Assembly (NCBI GenBank): GCA_036556965.1
Contig: DATBIO010000272.1
Location: 2,355 to 66,354, forward strand
DNA: 64,000 nt
Source of the DNA: Vicinamibacteria bacterium
GTDB taxonomy: Bacteria; Acidobacteriota; Vicinamibacteria; Fen-336
Direction of reading: 5' to 3'
The position numbers were made by a program, and so were the translations under genes. The notes under the pieces are model-generated. The model did no database searches and was not told where the DNA came from. It saw only the letters and a list, made by a program, of their open reading frames with translations. The number at the start of each line of letters is the position of its first letter. Position 1 is the first letter of the stretch. Below are positions 53,547 through 61,396 of the stretch, in pieces.

Positions 53547-56268
53547 GGAGGGGATGGGCCAGGGCGGGGGCGATCACGCGCCCGGTGGCCTGGGCGGGCG
53601 GGTCGATGCCGAGCAGGGCGCAGAGGGTGGGGGCGACGTCGATCTGCCGGATCAGCCCCAGGTCGGTCCCGCGTGCCACACCCGGTCCCGCCATCGCGAA
53701 GGACGCGTGCATCTCCGGACGATCCGCGTCGAAGAAGTGGTCCCCGCCGGGAGGGGCGGCCTCCACCGCCGCCCCACGCAGGGACGACGAGGCCTCGTAA
53801 CCGGGCGCCAGGGAGAGATAGAGGTCGCCCCCGTGTGGCCCGCCGGCGCGCGGGGAGTCCCCCCGGCCCGCCGCCGAGGGGTCGAGCACGGCGAGGACGA
53901 CGGCTTGCCCGGTGGCCGGATCACGCACGCGCAGCAAGGCGTCCCGCGCCTGCCGCCGGACCGCCGCCTCTTCCGCGGGGGCGACGATGCCCCCGGAGCG
54001 CGCCTGCCGGTTGACGAGCAGGAAGTGGCCCCGCGCGTAGTAGGCGCGCGTGCGCGCGAGGTCCACGCGTCCGTCGGCGTCGAGGGCGAGCAGGCCGGCC
54101 TCGCGCAGCAGGACGTTGGGCCGCACCACGGCGTGCGTGGAGGCCAGGCCGTGGTCGGCGCCCACCGCCAGCACCACGTCCTCGCCGGCGCGCCCCGCGA
54201 GGTGGCCGACGAACCCGTCGATCAGCCCCAGGGCGCGGTCCATGTACGGGCGCAGGCGGGCCGCCACCGCGGCGTCGTGGCCGGGGAGCGAAGCGTCCAC
54301 GCGGCCCAGCCAGACGTGGAACACGCTGTCCGGATACGGCAGGTAGGTGACGAGCAGGTCCCAGTCGGTGCGGTCCCAGGCGAAGTCGGCCAGGCGCTCG
54401 AACTGCCGGATGACCAGGGACACGGTCTCCAGCATGCGCTCCTCTGCGGTACCGTCGCCGCCCTCCCACAGCGTGGGGCCGAGGCCGCCCTTCTCGTAGA
54501 GCCACTCCGCGCCGTTGCCCAGGAAGCCGCCCGTGGCGGCCTGGGCCGCGCGCTCCACCTCGGGGCGGCTCGCGCGCAGCACGTGGGGGGCGGTGCGGTA
54601 GAGGACGATGCGCTCGCCGTCCGGCGCCAGCTCGAAGAGGCGGAAGTTGAGGGCGGCCTGCGCGCCCCCGAGGCCCAGGGTCAGCGCGCGGAAGGCGTCC
54701 TTGCTCCCGGCGGGCGCCGGCTTGAGGGTGATCCCCGCGGCGGGGTCGCGGTCGAGGGCGAGGTACATCGTGTCGAAGCCCGCCACCGCGTCCCCGGGGT
54801 CGTCGTAGAGCAGGCCGTCGACGGTCACCCCGAACTCCTCGAGGCGGAACTCGCGGACCTCGCCGTGATGCGCGGGCAGGGGGCCCAGCCAGGCGCCGGC
54901 GGGACGCGCGGCCAGGTCCTGGGCGCCGTACGCGTGCTCGGCGGCCTCCAGGTTCTGGTAGCCGTCGAAGAGGACCAGGTTGCGCCCGTAGTCGCCGCCG
55001 AAGCGCCGCTCGTGCAGGAAGGGGCCGAAGGGGAAGACCTGCGTGGCGGAGGCCACGGTGGCGCGCAGGCCCTGCCGCGCCGCCGTCACCCAGACGGGCT
55101 CCGCGAGCAGGACGGTGGAGCTGTAGCCGCTCACCGTGTCGATGACGCGCCGGCCGGGGAAGGTGACGTCGTTGCCGGCGACGCCGTTGTCGTCCGCCCA
55201 GGTGCCGGTGAAGAGGGCGGCGTGGCCCACCGCGGTCTTGGCCGGCAGGCTGGTCAGCACTCCGCGCGCCACCGCGCCCCGCGCCCGCAGCGCGGCCAGC
55301 TGCGGCATGAGGCCGCGCGCCACCGCTGCGTCCACCAGGGACGCGCCCGCGCCGTCCAGGGTGGCGAGGACGGCCCGGGTCTTCCCGCGCACGTAGGGGA
55401 AGCGGAAGGTGGCGTCCAGGACGGGCCGGCCCGCCTCCTCCCAGGCCTGGAGCCAGAAGCCGCCCACCGCGGAGGCGGCCGCGCTCAGCCGTGCCCGCAC
55501 GCGCTCGGCCTCGCGCGCCTGCATCCGCGAGTAGTAGCCGCGATCGTAGCGGTCGTCCTCCGGCGTCTCCGCGTAGTCGCGCCCCCGCACCGAGGCCTTG
55601 TCCGCGGCGAGGACCTCGACGGAATGGGCGAAGGACTCCAGGAGGACGGCGAAGACGGCCTCGATGGGCGGACCGGGCGGCCGGGCCGCGGCGGGCAGGA
55701 GGCTCTCCGCGAGCTGGACCTGGTTGTTCTCCACCAGCGCGCTCTCCCAGCGGTTGTGCAGGCCCTGCTGGCCGCTGAGCTGGCCGTCGTAGTTGAGGGC
55801 GGCGTGGAGGGGCACGTGGGCGTCCCCCACGTAGTGGCCGAGGGCGGCGGCCTTCTCCAGGGCGCGCGCCTCGTCGGAGGCGCGGAAGGCCGCCACCAGC
55901 TCCGCGTACACCTCCGCCACCCTCCAGGGGACGCGGCCCTTCTCGCGCGCGTCGGCGCCATGGCGCGCCAGGTGCTCTTTCTCGACGTGGGACAGCGCGG
56001 GGAACGGATAGGAGCCGAAGGCGTCCATGTCGAGGAAGTGGTTGGGGGCTTCCCCCTCCACCCCCGCCGCGCGCCAGAGGTCGGGATCGATGGAGTGCTC
56101 GGCGAGCCAGGCGCGGTTGCCCTGGAACAGCGCGCGCAGGTCGGAGGGCAGCGTGTCCACCGCCTTGTCGTTCACGAGGCGGTGCCCGGTGAAGCCCCAC
56201 GCCCCCGCGGACGCGGGCAGGGCCAGGACGAGGGCGGTGGCGGCGGCCAGGGGCCGGACGGCGGGCAT
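53497..56268 (-). CDS. Secreted S1/P1-type nuclease fused to an alkaline-phosphatase-superfamily phosphodiesterase/nucleotide pyrophosphatase domain
   Basis: ATG 56268 (signal MPAVRPLAAATALVLALPASAGA). N-terminal WGFTGHRLV...HYVGDAHVPLHAALNYDGQ (S1/P1 nuclease zinc ligand pattern). C-terminal ~600 aa with AlkP-core motifs (LVTYLPYPDSVFH..., VLAVGADHGLAS). 50-bp convergent overlap with pbpC. Confidence 0.75.
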   Translation of the reverse strand: MPAVRPLAAATALVLALPASAGAWGFTGHRLVNDKAVDTLPSDLRALFQGNRAWLAEHSIDPDLWRAAGVEGEAPNHFLDMDAFGSYPFPALSHVEKEHLARHGADAREKGRVPWRVAEVYAELVAAFRASDEARALEKAAALGHYVGDAHVPLHAALNYDGQLSGQQGLHNRWESALVENNQVQLAESLLPAAARPPGPPIEAVFAVLLESFAHSVEVLAADKASVRGRDYAETPEDDRYDRGYYSRMQAREAERVRARLSAAASAVGGFWLQAWEEAGRPVLDATFRFPYVRGKTRAVLATLDGAGASLVDAAVARGLMPQLAALRARGAVARGVLTSLPAKTAVGHAALFTGTWADDNGVAGNDVTFPGRRVIDTVSGYSSTVLLAEPVWVTAARQGLRATVASATQVFPFGPFLHERRFGGDYGRNLVLFDGYQNLEAAEHAYGAQDLAARPAGAWLGPLPAHHGEVREFRLEEFGVTVDGLLYDDPGDAVAGFDTMYLALDRDPAAGITLKPAPAGSKDAFRALTLGLGGAQAALNFRLFELAPDGERIVLYRTAPHVLRASRPEVERAAQAATGGFLGNGAEWLYEKGGLGPTLWEGGDGTAEERMLETVSLVIRQFERLADFAWDRTDWDLLVTYLPYPDSVFHVWLGRVDASLPGHDAAVAARLRPYMDRALGLIDGFVGHLAGRAGEDVVLAVGADHGLASTHAVVRPNVLLREAGLLALDADGRVDLARTRAYYARGHFLLVNRQARSGGIVAPAEEAAVRRQARDALLRVRDPATGQAVVLAVLDPSAAGRGDSPRAGGPHGGDLYLSLAPGYEASSSLRGAAVEAAPPGGDHFFDADRPEMHASFAMAGPGVARGTDLGLIRQIDVAPTLCALLGIDPPAQATGRVIAPALAHPLPSAPPPSSRDAVPARR

Positions 56269-56337
56269 GAGGAGCCGGATTCTATCGGAGCGGGCGAGGC
56301 CTGGGGCGCGCCTCGCCAAGCCGGTCGCCGGCCGTGC

Positions 56338-56946
56338 TCAGCGCAGGGTGACGGTGATGGAGACCGGCTCGCCGTTGCGCAGGACGACGGCGTTGAGCGT
56401 GCTCTCGCCCTGGAGCCGTGCGTAGAGGCCGACCAGGGTCGCCATGCCGTCGATGGGCACGCCGTTGATGGAGGTGAGGACGTCGCCCGCGTGCAGCCCG
56501 GCGTCGGTGAGGAGGCTGCCCTCCGGCAACCGGGTCAGCGTCATGCCCGCGACGCGCCCCTCGGAGAAGGCGGGCACCATCGTGGTCTCGGCGAGGATGC
56601 GCGGCATCTCCTGGCCGAGGCGGCGCTCCACCTCCTGGCGCGCCATCTCCTGCGCCGGGCGGGCGGCGTCGAGGAGGGGCGGGGTCGGCTCGCCCGTGGC
56701 CACCGCCTCCGGCGCGGTCTGCACGCGCAGGGCGCGGCGCTCCCCGTCCTGCTCGAGGGTGACCGACCCCGCGCCGATGGCGGCCACGCGCGCGCCGAAG
56801 GCGGAGTCGCCCACCGCCACCACGCGGGTGCGGCCGCCGCTGCGCAGGATGGCCACGCATCGTTCCGGCCGCGGGCCCACCACCGTCCCCACCGCGGTCA
56901 GGTCGGCCGGCCAGGTCACGGCGAGGGCGAGGAGCAGCGGAGTCAT
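56338..56946 (-). CDS. PDZ-domain periplasmic protein (GspC-like / PDZ serine-protease-partner type)
   Basis: N-terminal signal/TM MTPLLLALAVTWPADL; C-terminal PDZ (GMTLTRLPEGSLLTDAGLHAGDVLTSINGVPIDGMATLVGLY). Confidence 0.6.
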   Translation of the reverse strand: MTPLLLALAVTWPADLTAVGTVVGPRPERCVAILRSGGRTRVVAVGDSAFGARVAAIGAGSVTLEQDGERRALRVQTAPEAVATGEPTPPLLDAARPAQEMARQEVERRLGQEMPRILAETTMVPAFSEGRVAGMTLTRLPEGSLLTDAGLHAGDVLTSINGVPIDGMATLVGLYARLQGESTLNAVVLRNGEPVSITVTLR

Positions 56947-57007
56947 GGCGCGACCGTAGCACGGCGGACCGGCGCGCTGTCAACGTCTGCTATAGTCGCC
57001 GGTCGCG

Positions 57008-59014
57008 ATGGACCCGGCCCGCTTCGCGCCGTCGCCCGGCGCGACGGCTCCCGCCCCCCGACGACGCGATCGCCTGCGCGCCTTCTTCACGGGCACGTGG
57101 AAGGGCCGCGTCGTCCTGGCCGCCCTCGCCGTGGTCCTGCTCGAGGTCGCGGGCCTGCCCCTGCCCGCGGGGCTCACGGCGCCGGCATGGCTGGTCACCG
57201 CCGTCTTCCTGACCTGGGCCTGCGTGCGGGGCGGGCGCTGGGTGCTCCGCCGCCTGCTCTGGCGCATCCGCAGCAAGATGCTCCTCTCCTACCTGTTCAT
57301 CGCGGTGGTGCCGGTGGTGCTCCTGTTCCTCTTCTTCGCCATCGCCGGCTTCCTGGGCCTGACCCTGGTGGCCTCCTACGTGGTGGCCACGCACATCGAG
57401 CGCGTGGGCCAGGAGCTGCGGGTGGCCGCCCGCTCCACGCTCGTCTCGTCCCCCGGCCCGGCGGCGGACGGGCGTGCCCTCCTCCCGCACGTGCGTGCGC
57501 TGCGCGTGGAGCATCCGGCCCTCTCCTACGCCCTCTTCCGCGAGGGGACGGTGGTCGCACGCGAGGGCGCGCCGCCCGCCACCCTGCCCGCCTGGCTCAA
57601 GCCGGAGGGGTTCGCGGGGGTGGCCCGCGACGGCGAGGACAGCTGGCTGCGCGTGGCCTGGCGCGTCGGCCCCGACACGCTGGTTCTCCAGGTCCCCCTG
57701 GACGAGGCCCTCTTCGCGTCCCTGCGCGACCGCACGGGCGTGCGCGTGCTGTCGATCGGCGGCGCGGAGAGCGTGGAGGCGGAGGCGGGAGGCAAGGGTG
57801 TCCACGTGAAGACGGGGGAGGGCCGCTCGCGCCCCATCGCCCTGCCCCCGGAGGCGGAGGGCGACTTCGGGCTCAACTCGGTGGCCCTGGTGGAGAGGAC
57901 GCGCTGGGACAACGGGGAACAGGGGCTGGCGCCGCTGGCCATACGCTTCAACCCGCCCGTGATGCTGAAGCGCCTGTCCCCGGGCACGCTCGACCTCGGC
58001 GACATCTTCGTCAAGATCCTGGTCGGCGTCGGGATCTCCTTCGTGATCCTCTACATCGTGCCCCTCGTCCTGGGACTGCTCCTGGCGCGCTCCATCACGC
58101 GCAGCGTGCACGACCTCTCGCGGGGGACGGTCCACCTGCGGCAGGGCGACTTCGGCCATCCCATCCCCGTGCGGAGCCGCGACCAGCTCGGAGACCTGGC
58201 CGACTCGTTCAACACCATGGCCCGCAGCGTGGAGGATCTCTTGCGCGAGCAGGCCGAGAAGCAGCGGCTGGAGGAAGAGCTGCGCATCGCCCGCCAGATC
58301 CAGATGAGCCTGCTGCCCCAGGACAGCGTCTCCGTGCCCGGCCTGGAGCTCTCGGCCGCCTGCATCCCCGCGGCGGAGGTCGGGGGGGACTACTACGACC
58401 TGCTGCCCCTGGGTGACGGCCGCCTCGGGGTGGTGGTGGCCGACGTCTCCGGCAAGGGCACCTCCGCCGCCCTCTACATGGCCGAGCTGAAGGGGCTCAT
58501 GCTCTCCCTCTCGCGCATCCACGAGTCGCCCTACCGGCTGCTCTGCGAGGCCAACCGCATCCTGGCCGCGAACATGGACGCGCGGTCGTTCGTCACCATG
58601 ACCTACGCGGTGGCGGACACCCGCGCGGGGGTCCTGCGCTACGCGCGCGCCGGCCACAACCCCCTCCTGCGCCTGGGGGCGGACGGGGCGCCGCCCCAGG
58701 CCCTCACCCCTCCCGGCCTCGGCCTGGGCATGGACCGCGGCGAGCGCTTCGACCAGGTGCTGGAGGAGCGCGAGCTGCCGCTGCACCCGGGCGACACCTA
58801 CCTGTTCTTCACGGACGGCCTCTCCGAGGCCATGAACGCGGACGGCGACCTCTTCGGGGAGGCGCGCCTGGCCGCCGTGCTCGCGCGCGCGCCGGCCCTC
58901 GACGGCGGCGCCCCCGAGGCGTTGCGCGAGGAGGTGCTGCGGGAGGTGCGGCTCTTCGCGGGCGGGGCGCCGCAGCACGACGACATGACGATGGTCGTCC
59001 TCAAGGTGGTATGA
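57008..59014 (+). CDS. Membrane-bound sensor with HAMP domain and PP2C-type (SpoIIE/RsbU-like) serine phosphatase domain
   Basis: ATG 57008 with TATAGT 11 nt upstream. Two TM segments flanking a periplasmic sensor region. HAMP (SRDQLGDLADSFNTMARSVEDLL). PP2C motifs GGDYYD, VADVSGKG, FFTDGLSEA. Confidence 0.85.
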   Translation: MDPARFAPSPGATAPAPRRRDRLRAFFTGTWKGRVVLAALAVVLLEVAGLPLPAGLTAPAWLVTAVFLTWACVRGGRWVLRRLLWRIRSKMLLSYLFIAVVPVVLLFLFFAIAGFLGLTLVASYVVATHIERVGQELRVAARSTLVSSPGPAADGRALLPHVRALRVEHPALSYALFREGTVVAREGAPPATLPAWLKPEGFAGVARDGEDSWLRVAWRVGPDTLVLQVPLDEALFASLRDRTGVRVLSIGGAESVEAEAGGKGVHVKTGEGRSRPIALPPEAEGDFGLNSVALVERTRWDNGEQGLAPLAIRFNPPVMLKRLSPGTLDLGDIFVKILVGVGISFVILYIVPLVLGLLLARSITRSVHDLSRGTVHLRQGDFGHPIPVRSRDQLGDLADSFNTMARSVEDLLREQAEKQRLEEELRIARQIQMSLLPQDSVSVPGLELSAACIPAAEVGGDYYDLLPLGDGRLGVVVADVSGKGTSAALYMAELKGLMLSLSRIHESPYRLLCEANRILAANMDARSFVTMTYAVADTRAGVLRYARAGHNPLLRLGADGAPPQALTPPGLGLGMDRGERFDQVLEERELPLHPGDTYLFFTDGLSEAMNADGDLFGEARLAAVLARAPALDGGAPEALREEVLREVRLFAGGAPQHDDMTMVVLKVV

Positions 59015-60658
59015 ATGGCGCCATGGTCCCTGCTGGCCCTGCTCGTGTCCGCTGAGCCGGTGGGCGCGGCCGCCCCCGCCGACCTGGTCCTCCGCGGGGG
59101 CCGCGTGTGGGCGGGCAAGGGGCTCCCCGCCGCCAGCGCCCTCGCCGTGCGCGGAGAGCGGATCGTGGCCGTGGGGGACGACGCCGCCGTGGCCGGCCTG
59201 GCCGGCCCCCGTACGCGCGTGGTGGACCTGCGCGGCCGCCTGGTGGTGCCCGGCTTCAACGACGCGCACGTGCACTTCCTCTCCGGGGGGGCGTCGCTCC
59301 TCTCCGTGGACCTGCGCCGGGCGCGTGACGAGGGCGAGCTGGCCCTGGCCCTGGGCGACCACGCGCGCAAGCTGCCGAGGGGGACGTGGATCCTGGAGGG
59401 CAACTGGGACCACGAGGCCTGGCCTTCCCAGGCCCTCCCCACGCGCCAGCTCGTGGACCCCGTCACCCCCGAGCACCCCGTGTTCGTGCAGCGGCTGGAC
59501 GGTCACATGGCTCTCGCCAACTCGCTGGCCCTGCGCCTGGCCGGCATCACGCGCGCGACCCCCGATCCGGAGGGCGGGACCATCGTGCGCGACGCCGCGG
59601 GCGAGCCCACGGGCATCCTCAAGGACAACGCCCAGGAGCTGGTGACGCGGGTCGTCCCGCCCCCCTCGCGCGAGGCGAGCCTGCTCGCGGCGCGGGCCGC
59701 CCTGCGCGAAGCGGCGCGGGTGGGCGTCACCACCGTCCAGGACAACTCCGGCGACGAGGCGTGGGAGGTCTACCAGGAGCTGCGCCGGCGCGGGGAGCTG
59801 ACCGCGCGCATGTACGTCTGGCGCTACGCCGCCGCCCTGCCCGCGCTCGTCCGCGGCAAGCGGCGCTTCGGCGACGGCGACCACTGGGTGCGGCAGGGAG
59901 CCATCAAGATCCTCTCCGACGGCTCGATGGGGTCGGGCACCGCCGCCTTCTTCGCGCCCTACAGCGACGACGCCGGCACCCGCGGGCTGCTGCTCCATCC
60001 GGTGGCGGAGCTGGAGCGCCTGATCCGCGAGGCGGACGCCGCCGGCTTCCAGCTCGCGGTCCACGCCATCGGCGACCGCGCCAACAGCCTCGTCCTCGAC
60101 GCCTTCGAGAAGGCGGAGCGGGCCAACGGGAGCCGGCCGCGCCGCTGGCGGATCGAGCACGCCCAGGTCGTGCGCCGGTCCGACCTGGCCCGCTACAGGG
60201 CGCTGGGGGTCATCGCCTCCATCCAGCCGTCGCACTGCATCGACGACATGCGCTGGGCGGAGCGCCGCATCGGCCGCGAGCGCGCGCGCGAGGCCTACAA
60301 CTTCCGGTCCTTCACCGAGGCGGGCATTCGCGTGGCCTTCGGCACCGACTGGTTCGTGGAGCCCCTCGACCCGCGCCTCGGCCTCTACGCCGCGGTGACC
60401 CGCGAGTTCCCCGAGGGCGGCCCTCCCGGCGGCTGGTTCCCGGAGGAGAAGATCGCCCTGGAGGACGCGCTCGACCTCTACACGCGCGGCTCCGCCTACG
60501 CCGAGCACGCGGAGGCGGACAAGGGCACCCTGGAGGCGGGCAAGCTCGCGGACCTCGTGGTGTTCGCGGCGGACCTCTTCGCCGCGCCCGCGCGCGCGAT
60601 CCTCACCACGCCCGTGGACATGACGGTGGTCGGCGGCCGCGTCGTCTTCGAGAAGTGA
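59015..60658 (+). CDS. Amidohydrolase-3 (YtcJ-like) family metal-dependent hydrolase, secreted
   Basis: ATG 59015 directly after the upstream TGA. Signal peptide. PGFNDAHVHF metal-binding motif. C-terminal ADLVVF...VVGGRVVFEK. Confidence 0.85.
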   Translation: MAPWSLLALLVSAEPVGAAAPADLVLRGGRVWAGKGLPAASALAVRGERIVAVGDDAAVAGLAGPRTRVVDLRGRLVVPGFNDAHVHFLSGGASLLSVDLRRARDEGELALALGDHARKLPRGTWILEGNWDHEAWPSQALPTRQLVDPVTPEHPVFVQRLDGHMALANSLALRLAGITRATPDPEGGTIVRDAAGEPTGILKDNAQELVTRVVPPPSREASLLAARAALREAARVGVTTVQDNSGDEAWEVYQELRRRGELTARMYVWRYAAALPALVRGKRRFGDGDHWVRQGAIKILSDGSMGSGTAAFFAPYSDDAGTRGLLLHPVAELERLIREADAAGFQLAVHAIGDRANSLVLDAFEKAERANGSRPRRWRIEHAQVVRRSDLARYRALGVIASIQPSHCIDDMRWAERRIGRERAREAYNFRSFTEAGIRVAFGTDWFVEPLDPRLGLYAAVTREFPEGGPPGGWFPEEKIALEDALDLYTRGSAYAEHAEADKGTLEAGKLADLVVFAADLFAAPARAILTTPVDMTVVGGRVVFEK

Positions 60659-61347
60659 CCGACCGGGCCGCCGGCCTGCGCGCCCTGCAGGAACGGCTCG
60701 GGCACCGGTTCGCCGACCCCGCGCTGCTGGAGCGCGCCCTCACCCACACCAGCGCCGTGCACGAGGCGTCGTCGTCCGCCGCCCACAGCGAGGCCCTCGA
60801 GTTCCTGGGGGACGCCGTCCTCGGGCTGGTGGTGGCCGACCTCCTCCACCGCCACCATCCCGAGGGCGACGAGGGCTCCATGAGCCGCGCGCGCGCGTAC
60901 CTGGTGGCGGAGCCCAGCCTCGCGCGGCGCGCGGACGCGCTGGGCCTGCCCGCCCTTCTCGTCCTGGGCAAGGGCGAGGAGAAGACGGGCGGCCGCCAGA
61001 AGGCCGCCCTCTGGGCGGACGCCTACGAGGCGGTGGTGGCCGCCCTCTTCCTGGACGGCGGCTTCGAGCCGGCCGCGCGCTTCCTGCGCGCGGAGTTCGA
61101 GGCGGAGGCGGCGGCGGCGACGCGGCTGCCCTCGCGCGACCACAAGAGCGCTCTCCAGGAGCTCCTGCAGGCGCGCGGCGAGGGCGTCCCCGACTACGTG
61201 GTGGTCGCGGAGGAGGGGCCGAGCCACCGGCGGCGCTTCCGCGTGCAGTGCGTGGTGTCCGGGCGCCCCGTCTCCGAGGGGGAAGGCTTCTCCAAGAAGG
61301 AGGCGCAGCAGGAGGCGGCGCTGCGCGCCCTCGGGCTCCTGGGCTGA
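60655..61347 (+). CDS. rnc: Ribonuclease III
   Basis: GTG 60655 overlapping the upstream TGA. RNase III signature HSEALEFLGDAVLGLVVADLL. C-terminal dsRBD (GPSHRRRFRVQCVV...GEGFSKKEAQQEAALRAL). Confidence 0.9.
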   Translation: MTDRAAGLRALQERLGHRFADPALLERALTHTSAVHEASSSAAHSEALEFLGDAVLGLVVADLLHRHHPEGDEGSMSRARAYLVAEPSLARRADALGLPALLVLGKGEEKTGGRQKAALWADAYEAVVAALFLDGGFEPAARFLRAEFEAEAAAATRLPSRDHKSALQELLQARGEGVPDYVVVAEEGPSHRRRFRVQCVVSGRPVSEGEGFSKKEAQQEAALRALGLLG

Positions 61348-61348
61348 G

Positions 61349-61371
61349 CGGGCCCCCGGGCGGGCGGCCCG
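61349..61371. terminator. GC-rich hairpin (CGGGCC - 11-nt loop - GGCCCG) between convergent rnc and M14 genes; possible bidirectional terminator
   Basis: Seen directly; no U-tract. Confidence 0.25.
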
Positions 61372-61396
61372 TCCGCGAGGCGCGCCGGGAACGTCC

